Virus record (IMG/VR): IMGVR_UViG_3300038679_000131
Coordinates: 34,839-98,838 of that record
DNA length: 64,000 bases
From: a virus
Strand: one strand, 5' to 3'
Shown: piece after piece, positions 18,292 to 27,524 of the stretch
Numbering within the stretch: the stretch's first letter is position 1
Layout: the number at the start of each line of letters is the position of its first letter
Position numbers and translations under genes: made by a program
Notes under the pieces: model-generated
Told to the model about the DNA's origin: nothing
What the model saw: the letters and a program-made list of their open reading frames with translations, nothing else
The model's database searches: none

Positions 18292-18825
18292 TTAAAGATT
18301 AATATGTTTCCATCTCCTTTCATGTTTTATATCTGAAATCGTGCATTTATTAACTTTAAACATTTTTGCAATTTTATTTCCAGGAATGTTATTTTTCAAT
18401 AGTTTTTTAATTAACCATACTTCATTCCCTTTTAGTTTAGAGTTTCCATTTCTTTCTCCTTTTAAAGATATTGTCAAATTGTTTTCCCAAAAGTGTTCTG
18501 TATTTCTTTTTGGGGTAACCCACTCAAGGTTAGAAACAAAATTATTTGTTTTTATACCATCTTTGTGATTGCAATAAAAACCCTCGGGTCGAGGACCTAT
18601 AAAGGTTTCAAGGACTAATCCATGAACTTTTTTATACTTAGTTTCCCCATTTTTACTCAAGTTAATATTTAGATACCCACTATTAGAATAAGGTTTTAAA
18701 ATTTTTCCTTTTTTATAATTAAGTCTTTTTGAGACGGTTCTTCTCCTTACTTTTCCCCAATCAGACACTTCATAATCAGTATAGATTGGGTGCATCTTCC
18801 AAATTTCCCTTCTTAATCTGGACAT
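18292..18825 (-). CDS. NUMOD4-HNH homing endonuclease with C-terminal HTH; start reassigned to ATG 18825
   Basis: GAGGAG RBS; MSRLRREIWKMHPIYTDYEVSDWG; NHKDGIKTNNFVSNLEWVT; GERNGNSKL...IAKMFKVNKCTISDIK. Confidence 0.85.
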   Translation of the reverse strand: MSRLRREIWKMHPIYTDYEVSDWGKVRRRTVSKRLNYKKGKILKPYSNSGYLNINLSKNGETKYKKVHGLVLETFIGPRPEGFYCNHKDGIKTNNFVSNLEWVTPKRNTEHFWENNLTISLKGERNGNSKLKGNEVWLIKKLLKNNIPGNKIAKMFKVNKCTISDIKHERRWKHINL

Positions 18826-18847
18826 TTTATTCTCCTCAAAAGAAAAA

Positions 18848-18915
18848 TCCCTGAGAGTTGTCGCTGATGTACTGCACACCAGCCCCAAGCCTCACGGCAA
18901 GGGGACTCTCAGGGA
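18848..18915 (-). ncRNA. Putative structured RNA (three-way junction) in the HNH leader
   Basis: 11-bp closing stem TCCCTGAGAGT/ACTCTCAGGGA encloses a GUGA-tetraloop hairpin and a second hairpin. Confidence 0.4.
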
Positions 18916-19036
18916 GATTTATTTTTAAGTTGAAATTACAATGGTCCTTCACGGGGGACCTCCCGGCAGTTTTGTTTCGACAACTTTATTGTGTCGTATT
19001 TTAAAGAGAATGTCAAGATATTTATTAATCCTCCCT

Positions 19037-19528
19037 TTAGCAGTTGCTATCTTCATAGTCGTAAATAGTTCCACATATAGGACAGCGAATCTGTCCTCCC
19101 CATTCTTGGGCGTTCATACATTCCATACTGAATGATGGTCTATTCCAATGAGCAAACAGCCAAGGAGCTGGATAGATTGTAACTTTAAGACAGTTACAAT
19201 CTATTTCAGGATAAGGGGGCATGGGAAGTATTTCTTCATTATCTATTCTTCTTACTAGGTCTTCATACTCCCAGATTTTTTTCTGTGCTTCACAATCTTC
19301 TTTGTGGATTGGTATCTCTAATGTTTCTGGAGATTCCATATCACTCTCAGAGGGTGAATGATTGCAGTTAGGACAAGCATATTCTTGCTCTAATTTTAAG
19401 TCCTCACAGATCATACACCTAAAGTAACTTCGTTCTTCTTTATGAGGGGTAAGTGCATTACAATCTTCACACCATTTATATCCTTTAGGGATTTCTAAAA
19501 TCCCTGTTTCTTTACTTACTTTTAACAT
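19037..19528 (-). CDS. Multi-CxxC zinc-binding hypothetical protein
   Basis: CEDC, CMIC, CPNC, CPIC. Confidence 0.6.
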   Translation of the reverse strand: MLKVSKETGILEIPKGYKWCEDCNALTPHKEERSYFRCMICEDLKLEQEYACPNCNHSPSESDMESPETLEIPIHKEDCEAQKKIWEYEDLVRRIDNEEILPMPPYPEIDCNCLKVTIYPAPWLFAHWNRPSFSMECMNAQEWGGQIRCPICGTIYDYEDSNC

Positions 19529-19530
19529 AA

Positions 19531-20106
19531 TTAATCCTCCTTATCAACAGTTCTAGTGTAGTTACTTCGGGTAATAGCAGCCAGTTGAGCGTTAAAACCA
19601 CTAATGCTAGGTGCTGCGTCATTTTGGAATGCTGTCAACATCCCTTTCAAGAAAAAGTTTAAGGCACCCCCATTACTTGATTTTGCCAAAAGCTTTCCAT
19701 TCATAGCAACTCCACATCTAATTTCCATAGTAGTTCCACTGCCAGAAGAACTTGGACGAGAGTGAATCCAAATATCATCTAAATTTTGATTCTTCCGGTA
19801 CATATTAATCCTGTTGATTAAATCTTGTAGGGTCATTTGTTCCTCCTTTTCACAAATTGGGCAAATATTTTCAGAGTGGTAAGAATCTGTTTTATGACAG
19901 GTAAAAAATCCTGTTTTGTCTCCTTCTTTAGAAACGTCCCAACTTCCATTTATATATTTTTCATAGAAGTGGTTACCCTTCCAAAGGGGATTTGAAAGGA
20001 AAGTGATTTTATGTTTTCCTTCTTTTAATCCTTCTAATGAAAGGAATTTCTTTGTGTCAAGACGTTTAGAATTGGATGATTTCTTTTTATTTTGGGACTT
20101 GCTCAA
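19531..20106 (-). CDS. Hypothetical protein: gp32-like Zn fragment fused in frame to a second cistron starting at 19836
   Basis: LKEGKHKITFL...FTC...CPICE, then internal AAAGGAGGAACAA-ATG. Confidence 0.45.
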   Translation of the reverse strand: MSKSQNKKKSSNSKRLDTKKFLSLEGLKEGKHKITFLSNPLWKGNHFYEKYINGSWDVSKEGDKTGFFTCHKTDSYHSENICPICEKEEQMTLQDLINRINMYRKNQNLDDIWIHSRPSSSGSGTTMEIRCGVAMNGKLLAKSSNGGALNFFLKGMLTAFQNDAAPSISGFNAQLAAITRSNYTRTVDKED

Positions 20107-20395
20107 AGTTTTTCTCCCATTTTTCCCTTGCTCCGATCCTATTTATAGAAAACAAATTGTAATCGCATTTAGGACAACGGAAAGTAATTCCAAGTGAGAT
20201 ATGGTCAGATGTCAACCATTCTCCACATTGTCGGCAAAAGGCTGCATCCGCCACTGGGATTTCTATTTGACCGCCACTTCCATTTTCTTTTGGAGAATCC
20301 TGTACTGATTGTTTCTCCTTCTCCATCCGGTCGGTGGACTTAGATAACAAGTCCAGAAAGGTGGGCATTGGTGGTCTTGGTTTGAGTCGGCTCAC
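20087..20395 (-). CDS. Zn-ribbon hypothetical protein
   Basis: CRQC...CPKC; AGGAGG RBS before GTG. Confidence 0.55.
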   Translation of the reverse strand: MSRLKPRPPMPTFLDLLSKSTDRMEKEKQSVQDSPKENGSGGQIEIPVADAAFCRQCGEWLTSDHISLGITFRCPKCDYNLFSINRIGAREKWEKNFEQVPK

Positions 20396-20495
20396 GGTGT
20401 CCTCCTGTAATTAGAAGAATAGCTAAAAGGATTGCCCCAATGAGAATAAACAAGGGATGGACGATAATTGGATGTATATAATTAGTTAGTTTCAT

Positions 20496-20690
20496 TCATC
20501 CTCCTTCTCCAATTGAGGTTTTTGTGTATGCTGTATCCACACCATTAATATAGTTAATTGCAAGATTCAAGACTGCTTCAGCACATCCACGTTCAAAATA
20601 CTGAAGGTCCATTTGATTATCTTCCAACGTATCAAATGAATTGAAATTATCAGGCACTTTAATGGTTATAGCAATTGTTAATTCTTTCAT
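20496..20690 (-). CDS. Small hypothetical protein
   Basis: AGGAGG RBS. Confidence 0.5.
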   Translation of the reverse strand: MKELTIAITIKVPDNFNSFDTLEDNQMDLQYFERGCAEAVLNLAINYINGVDTAYTKTSIGEGG

Positions 20691-20702
20691 TCATCCTCCT
20701 TA

Positions 20703-21374
20703 TTATTCAAGGTCAACAACCCTTTTGTAATCCTTAGAATGCTGAATTATTTTTTTCTCTATAGGTTTAATTGATTGAATGATATTATCTCCTGCTAAAG
20801 GTTGATAAACAGCATTGAAAGCCTGTTCAATTTCATCATATTCAGCAAGGTATAGATGGTCATAAATATTTATGACCTGTTTTAAAAGGTCTGGGTGAAC
20901 TTTAATACCCATTTTAAAGAAGGCTGATTGATAGTGGTAGTTTACATATTTTCCTCCTTTCTTTTCAAAGAAGAAGGAAATTTGTGTTGGTATATTTATG
21001 TTCAAACCAAAACTTTCAAATCTTGATTGGGAGAAAAAGTGAGATATATTCCATAATTGTACTTTTCTTGGTCTTTGCATTAAGGAAATAACATTATAAA
21101 TCACCCTATTCCTTGGTTTATATTTCATTTTAATTTCATGACTTACTTCGTATGGGGATGAAATAGCTGCACAGATAGGACAGAAAGAACCGAATATTTT
21201 TGGGCAAATATATTTGCGAAGGGAAGTTCCCATAGGTCCTCCGTAGAGGAGGTGTTCCTGATATTCAAATCTGTAATCTCCTTCTTTAGTGAAAGGAACA
21301 ATTACAATATCATTGTCCCCTTCTATTGGTTTGAAGTAGGACACATCCTCAGGAAGGTTTTTAAGTATTGGCAT
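20703..21374 (-). CDS. T4 gp32-like ssDNA-binding protein (putative)
   Basis: YFKP.EGDN.I.IVP, H, ICPK.FG..CPIC, R.IYNVI, VQLW. Confidence 0.5.
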   Translation of the reverse strand: MPILKNLPEDVSYFKPIEGDNDIVIVPFTKEGDYRFEYQEHLLYGGPMGTSLRKYICPKIFGSFCPICAAISSPYEVSHEIKMKYKPRNRVIYNVISLMQRPRKVQLWNISHFFSQSRFESFGLNINIPTQISFFFEKKGGKYVNYHYQSAFFKMGIKVHPDLLKQVINIYDHLYLAEYDEIEQAFNAVYQPLAGDNIIQSIKPIEKKIIQHSKDYKRVVDLE

Positions 21375-21829
21375 TATTCTTCCTCCTTTATTATCCTTCC
21401 ACGTCTAGAAGGCTTCTTTGGTTCATCCATATCAACTGTTCTTTCATACTTACGATGGTCCTCAACTGGTATATTTTGAGTTCTTTGGACTGGAGCTACT
21501 ACATGGCTCGGGTGTTTAATTAGTTCTGAAATAATCTCTCGGTATTGGTACAGTAAAGATTTACACCATTTTAGTTGTTTTTCTGTGAGACAGTCCTTAG
21601 CAGATAGATAGGCTTCAAAGCTGGTTATAACTTCTATATGCTGTGGAGTAATTAAGTTTAATTTAACTTGACCACTTAAAATACCATTTGCTAGGATTCT
21701 TAAACGGTTATAAGTAGGAAGGTTTGGGTCAATAACTCCAGGTTTCGGGTCTGATTCAATCATTTCTGTTGATTTATCTGCTTTAAATTTTTGGAGTTTT
21801 TCCATAAGTTTGTCAAAAGAATCTCCCAC
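21374..21829 (-). CDS. Hypothetical protein
   Basis: LTEKQLKWCKSLLYQYREI helix; operon context. Confidence 0.55.
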   Translation of the reverse strand: MGDSFDKLMEKLQKFKADKSTEMIESDPKPGVIDPNLPTYNRLRILANGILSGQVKLNLITPQHIEVITSFEAYLSAKDCLTEKQLKWCKSLLYQYREIISELIKHPSHVVAPVQRTQNIPVEDHRKYERTVDMDEPKKPSRRGRIIKEEE

Positions 21830-21832
21830 ACA

Positions 21833-23953
21833 TTACTCCTTATATATGATTTGCTCAATTCTTTTGGAGAAATCAGGGATTTGGAGTTGGGCAGAAATAT
21901 CCTCCATGACAACTGCCCTTGCCCTTATAAGATTGTGACACCTTTCATGTAGGATTTCTTTTTCTCCTATAGCCATAAATTCTTTGTACTTGTTAATGTA
22001 ACCTTTTTGGATGCAGAAAACATCTTCTTGGGGTGAAAGAATTGCGTCTTTACAGTAATCACAACAACCGTCTTTTTCACTCATTTCAGACCTCCTTATC
22101 TGTTAAACCATACGATATGGGTAAACCCTTCTTTTGGTTTTTGTCCTGAAACATAATTAGAAGGCCATATTTTTTGTTTATGGTCATCTAACATTAGAGT
22201 TTCAGTTGCCCATAGACCATATCCATCATAGTCAATAAGACAACCGTTTCTTACATCTTCACCAAATTCTTGAAAGGTCATTAGATGACCGTAAGTAGGA
22301 ATTGGAACCATTCTCATCTTTTCCACCTCCTGATAATGTTATTACAGGCTTGTTTCATGGCCTGATTGGTACTCTGTTTTTTCACTTCTTCCGCCAACTT
22401 GATAATGTCCTTAACTTTTCCTTCACAATCACCATAGATTTTGTCCCCTAACAAATCTTCACAGAATCCAACATGATTATACATATTATCCGCCAATGCT
22501 CCACCAATATCACGGACATTATGTTCCTGCATAACTCGAATCTCCCTGTCAGTTTCGGGAGAGGTCATAGAAGTACCAAACTCTTTGTAGGCATTATAGG
22601 CTTGATGCCCAAATTCAGAACAGGTATCTTCTACAAAGGAGATTATTGCTCTGGCTTTATTTTTCATTATTATTCCTCCTCCTTGTCTTCTTCTATTTTG
22701 ATTGGAAGAAGTTTGTAGGTTACTTTCCAATTTTCATTCTTTTTACACTTGCAGAACATAAATCTTTGGAGGAACTCCTGATTATTTTCAATAAATCCAT
22801 CTTCAAGAGCATCCTCATAAACATTCATTTCAATAGGTCTTTGTTTACAGACAGGACAAAACCTTATGATAGGAAGTTCAGAAATTTCTGAAAGTTCCCC
22901 TATAGCATAGCTTTGTAGGAGAGCATCAGGTCTGGTAGTGGTGTTGTTCTTTTTAAACACTTGAGACCATTCATCATAAAAAGCATCTAATTCTTGAAGA
23001 AACTGGATTACAATTTCTTTTTCATCCATTTTTAATCTCCTTTCTGTATTTGAGTTGACCATCAACATATCCTGCAGTATAATTGTAAAGGGGTGAAGTA
23101 AGACAGATGATTAAACGGAAACCTAAATAAGCATCCCAATAGCCACTTTCAAATCCTTCTTTATAGTAATTTTTATTTTTCATTCCTTTATCCTCTCAAT
23201 GTGAGTTATTATAACCCAATCAATAAAATCCTTTTCGATAGTTTTATTGTTGACATCAACTCCTAGGGAGTAACTTTCATCAACCATTTTTTCATCGTCA
23301 AATTCAACATCCTCTATGGTTGCTGATCGACCTTTATATTCAAAGGTGATGTTTACTTTCATATCCTTCCTCCTTTTTCTTTCAGCAGTTTTTCCACTTG
23401 CTTTTTATAGTAAGGAATTTCACTTTTCTCCAATCCCGCCACTACAGGATAGGATTGATTCCCAACAAAGATAGCCCAACATCTCTTATCATCTCCTTCA
23501 TATTTTCGAGCAGTTATTTTCCTTTTCATTCCTTTTCCTCCTTATAAACAAATTTAAAACAGATTGGGTCAAAACCTACAAACAATGCAGGTCCTTTTCC
23601 ATCAGAGGTTTTAGTAAATCTTGACATCCAAACCCCATTTAAAACTTGTCCTTCTCCTCTGATGAAGGAGAAACCTTTTTCAATTGCTTTGCTATGGCAA
23701 TTGGTTTCCATTATATTTCCTCCTCATCAAATAATTCCCATTCACCGTCTATTGCCATATAAGGAAAACCATTTTTTTCCTCATCAGAAAATAGAGTAAT
23801 GGGTTCTTCTTCTACCCACCCAAACAGAGTTGACCAATAGCCACCAGTCACAGTGTTTTTGATTACCCAAGTTCTTACTTTTTCCTTTTTATTCCAAGGA
23901 GCATCTGGATTATTTGGTGATATATTATCAGGTAAATTATATCCTTTTGTCAT
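21833..23953 (-). other. Run of small early hypothetical genes (21833..22084, 22096..22317, 22314..22667, 22670..23029, 23180..23362, 23526..23711, 23711..23953 and shorter ORFs)
   Basis: Tightly packed minus-strand ORFs, most preceded by AGGAG(G) RBS. Confidence 0.55.
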
Positions 23954-24234
23954 ATTTCCTCCTCGAATATTTTAATGAATTGTGGTGGAATTATTATAGG
24001 AACTCTGATATATTCACCGAGATTAGTTATAAATTGGTCTTCAATTTCTTCAGATGGTTTGATAATCAAGATCAAATCCCTTGCAAAGTCCTTTGCTATA
24101 ACAGGAGAAAAAGTTAAAAACACAAAGGGCATTGGTTGTTCATCTGGGTAATAACAAGGGTTTGGTATGAGTCCATGTTTTAGAATTGAAGGAAGGTATC
24201 GTTTAGATGTTCCGTGATAATATTCATTAGTCAT
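23950..24234 (-). CDS. Small ADP-ribosyltransferase-fold protein (Tpt1/KptA-like H-G-T class)
   Basis: YYHGTS..YLPSILKHGLIP...VFLT....A..FA...EY....IIPPQFI. Confidence 0.6.
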   Translation of the reverse strand: MTNEYYHGTSKRYLPSILKHGLIPNPCYYPDEQPMPFVFLTFSPVIAKDFARDLILIIKPSEEIEDQFITNLGEYIRVPIIIPPQFIKIFEEEI

Positions 24235-24899
24235 ATTTCCTCCTTTACAGTCCAATTGAAAGATACACTTGGTTTTCCATAGCGATTATCCCAATTGTAA
24301 AAAACTTCGACAAGATAATTTCCAGTGGAAAGTTTACTAAGGAAAAACCTTTTTAGTTTAGTCAAAGAGATATACTGAGGAGTAATTCTTGGGTAGGAAG
24401 TTCCCAGTATAAATCTTCCTTGACTATCAAGTTTTGTTACAAAGGCTTTCACATTAATCCTCCTTTATATTATTTTTCCTTCTAAAAGTTTCTTCATTTT
24501 TAGCAGAAGAAATGAAAGACCATGGTGGATAGTGCCCCCATCTGCTTAGGCAGAATTTTTTGCACTCAGAATAAGTCATCCAATTAGTTATTATATCCAA
24601 GGTGTTTTTAAAGGATAAAGCCCAAACTCGGTATTTTACTGTCATAGTTCCTCCCTTTATGTAGTATAGGAATTCAAATTGTGAGGGAATTTCTTCCCTC
24701 ACGCTTTCAATTTCTACCCACAGTAATTACTAATTCTCTCAAACCTTTCAGGTGTTTTCCCTACAGATTTAAGAATTTCATTCCCTTCACAAGTTAACCA
24801 TGGCGTAGAAACTATTCCATCAGTTCTAATGTCAATGATAAGTTCCTCATCATTGATAGAACTTAACCCTCTATTAACGATTTCGGACTTTTTCGCCAT
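24231..24899 (-). other. Three small hypothetical genes (24231..24452, 24454..24645, 24714..24899)
   Basis: RBS-preceded short ORFs. Confidence 0.5.
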
Positions 24900-25065
24900 G
24901 AGTTACCCTTTCGTGATATTCAGGTTTCAGATTAACTTTCGTTACCTTGCCAAGGGCAGATTCTAATTCCGCCATGACTACTTCACATTGTTTTCCATGA
25001 AAGCCTTTAGCCTCCATCTTGATTTTGCCGTCAGGCATGATATCCACGATCAATTCTTCAGACAT
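24874..25065 (-). CDS. DUF2997 family protein
   Basis: I.PDGKIKMEAKGFHGKQC......LE..LG.V......PEY. Confidence 0.75.
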   Translation of the reverse strand: MSEELIVDIMPDGKIKMEAKGFHGKQCEVVMAELESALGKVTKVNLKPEYHERVTHGEKVRNR

Positions 25066-25076
25066 ATTCCCTCCTT

Positions 25077-25229
25077 TTATTGTTCACGACCCATTCCGCC
25101 AGAACTCGACCCACCCCCTCCACCTAATCCCTTGAAGATTACTGAGAATATTCCAGATAACGCTCCAAGCAAGGGGGTAAAGCACATTAAGAGTGCAAAG
25201 ATTCCGAAGCCTCCTCTGCGTCGTCCCAT
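25077..25229 (-). CDS. 50-aa hydrophobic, Gly-rich peptide (not in ORF track)
   Basis: MGRRRGGFGIFALLMCFTPLLGALSGIFSVIFKGLGGGGGSSSGGMGREQ fills the gap between DUF1257 and DUF2997. Confidence 0.5.
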   Translation of the reverse strand: MGRRRGGFGIFALLMCFTPLLGALSGIFSVIFKGLGGGGGSSSGGMGREQ

Positions 25230-25230
25230 A

Positions 25231-25638
25231 TTATCTTCTTAACTTCAGACGCCGAGTGCCATCAGCCAATGTTTCTTCTCCACTCACACGCAAGCGCATC
25301 CGAGAAGATTGGGATTTGACTTTCAACTCAGCATATCTTTGGGAGAGAGGATGAAGAAATTTTCCTTTTGCATCATTGGAATTGGTAAAGTAATTGTCAA
25401 TATGGGCTTTGACAGTGCCATCTTCTTTGTACTCAAAGCCAACATCATTGACAGGTTGAGACCAGTTCTTTCTGCTCACGATAATATGGGCCTTGGTGTC
25501 TTTGCGTTTATTGCCCATATAATCCTCCAACTCAGTAAGTTCCTGATACTCTGTGAATTGAAGGCCCATGTCTATAAGAGACTGCATTAAACAGTCCTTA
25601 TCGTAAAATTCCACTTCAGTTTCGCTGTATCTTGACAC
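25231..25638 (-). CDS. DUF1257 (Ycf35-like) protein
   Basis: MSRYS.....F.D..CL..SL..MG...A.IIV...NDVGF....DG......D...L.QRYA. Confidence 0.75.
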   Translation of the reverse strand: MSRYSETEVEFYDKDCLMQSLIDMGLQFTEYQELTELEDYMGNKRKDTKAHIIVSRKNWSQPVNDVGFEYKEDGTVKAHIDNYFTNSNDAKGKFLHPLSQRYAELKVKSQSSRMRLRVSGEETLADGTRRLKLRR

Positions 25639-25652
25639 CTTTCATCCCTCCT

Positions 25653-25904
25653 TTAACAAGGTAATGTGTTTGCTGGTTTCATATTAACTTCACCAATCTC
25701 AATATAGGCCATAAGGCCAGCAGAAAAGACCTCATTAACTGCTGTGTTTAAATCTCCATCATATAAAGCATCCGCCCTCATCTGTAGGTATTGCCAGCCC
25801 CAGATTGGAACCGCCAACTCCACTTCTCGAAATTCCAATTCATTTGTTTTTTCATTCCTCTTAATTGATTTAATCACTGGTTCATGTCGTTTGGTCTGTG
25901 GCAT
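25653..25904 (-). CDS. Hypothetical protein
   Basis: AAAGGAG RBS. Confidence 0.5.
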   Translation of the reverse strand: MPQTKRHEPVIKSIKRNEKTNELEFREVELAVPIWGWQYLQMRADALYDGDLNTAVNEVFSAGLMAYIEIGEVNMKPANTLPC

Positions 25905-25930
25905 TTATTCTCCTTTTTATTTGAGGTTAT

Positions 25931-27433
25931 TTACAGTTGGGCGACTCGGCAGTAATCTTTAAGTTCATTCATGGACAAAGGACGACTTACGATTGAAGAT
26001 GCAGGGACATATCCCTTTGCATCTTCTCTCAACTTTGCAATCCTGTCAGGAGCAGATTTACTTAGAGGAATGACAAACTTAGCTCCTTCTTCTAAGCTCC
26101 CTCCACAATAAGCTGCCTCAATGACCAGTTGCCGAATCTCAGCGCCAGTGTAGCCTTCAAGATTGGGAATCTTTTCTCCTTTTTGAATCTCCCTCTTGAG
26201 AAATTTCTGGACATACATATCCAGAATCTGTTTTCTCTCAGTAGGCTGAGGTAAATCAATGAAGAAAATCCCATCCCATCTTCCTGCTCTTGTGTACTCA
26301 GTAGGGAGATTAGACAGATCGTTGCAGGTCGCAATCACAAATACATCCGATTCATGGTCTTGCAACCATTTCAAGAACTCACCGCCAACTCTCTTAGTCG
26401 TGCCAGAATCCCCTTCATGACTTGAGCCAACGCCAGCGAGTCCTTTTTCTACTTCGTCAACAAAAAGGATCATTGGTTCCATGGCGTCAATTACTGACAA
26501 TGCCTGTCTCATCCTATCTTCAGATTCACCAACAAGTGAACCGAACATAGATGACATTGACATTTCAACACAAGCCCTTTTAACCTCATTGGCTAATGCC
26601 TTTGCCAAAGAAGATTTTCCTGTGCCAGGAACGCCTAATAGCAGCACACCCCGCCAAGGCAAATCTTCTTGCTTGTTAAAGAACCTGTTTAACAACCAAT
26701 TCTTGAGATTGTCAAGACCACCAATATCTTTGAAGGTCTCTTTGAAGTTAGCCAGCTTCAAAGCCGCCGACTTTTTAATCATCTGAGCCTTTTGCTCAGT
26801 GATATAACGGGAATCAAAATCCTTGCACTTGACAATGGAGAGAGTATAAGCATTTTCAGCCTCTTCCCAAGTCAAGCCAGAAGATGCCTCCAACACTGCT
26901 TTTTCGTCCTTGACTTCAATGTTGTTTCCTTGGCTGCAACGGTCGAGGATAATTTTCAAATCCTCTTTGTTAGGCAAAGAGAAATCAAGGACTGTAAAGA
27001 TTCTCTGTAGTTCCACAGGCAATTTTAAGACAGGTGAAACCACACAAAACATGATTTTGTTGGTCTTTAGTAAAGGTAAAAGATTAATAACCTCTTGAAT
27101 TATCACTGGATTTTCAATGTCCCAATGATAATTCTGTAAAAACCAGATTGCTTTTTCAGGCCCTGTAGCAGACCTCATCAGAACCTGCTCAGGGGGACAA
27201 GAAACAAAAGATTGTCCAGGCTTTTGACCTAAATCAACCCTTGGCATTCCATCATGGGGTTCTTGACGAAAGCCACGATTAAAATCCCATGATATACAAG
27301 TCCTAAATTCTTTCATTTCCGCCACTGCCGATTCAATGAATCGCTCAGGTTCGACAGTTCTCACCCATATGCAAGGAAATGATGCCCTTGCATATGGTTT
27401 TAGAAAACCGCCATTACCATTTCCGTTTTCCAT
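25931..27433 (-). CDS. Ycf46-like AAA+ ATPase
   Basis: IGGLDNLK, GVPGTGKS, LFVDEVEK, IATCN..LPTEYTRAGRWD..FFIDLP; degenerate N-terminal AAA domain. Confidence 0.88.
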   Translation of the reverse strand: MENGNGNGGFLKPYARASFPCIWVRTVEPERFIESAVAEMKEFRTCISWDFNRGFRQEPHDGMPRVDLGQKPGQSFVSCPPEQVLMRSATGPEKAIWFLQNYHWDIENPVIIQEVINLLPLLKTNKIMFCVVSPVLKLPVELQRIFTVLDFSLPNKEDLKIILDRCSQGNNIEVKDEKAVLEASSGLTWEEAENAYTLSIVKCKDFDSRYITEQKAQMIKKSAALKLANFKETFKDIGGLDNLKNWLLNRFFNKQEDLPWRGVLLLGVPGTGKSSLAKALANEVKRACVEMSMSSMFGSLVGESEDRMRQALSVIDAMEPMILFVDEVEKGLAGVGSSHEGDSGTTKRVGGEFLKWLQDHESDVFVIATCNDLSNLPTEYTRAGRWDGIFFIDLPQPTERKQILDMYVQKFLKREIQKGEKIPNLEGYTGAEIRQLVIEAAYCGGSLEEGAKFVIPLSKSAPDRIAKLREDAKGYVPASSIVSRPLSMNELKDYCRVAQL

Positions 27434-27524
27434 CAGTGAAGCCTCCTTTCATTTTAATGGATACGCTCAGGCAAGGAAACTACCCAGACCTCAGGTGGCT
27501 CCCTTAGCCTCAGAGTTCCGTTAG

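Noticed and set aside
18848-18915. Hammerhead ribozyme or known riboswitch
   Set aside because: CUGANGA and GAAA cores are not present in the right arrangement on either strand.
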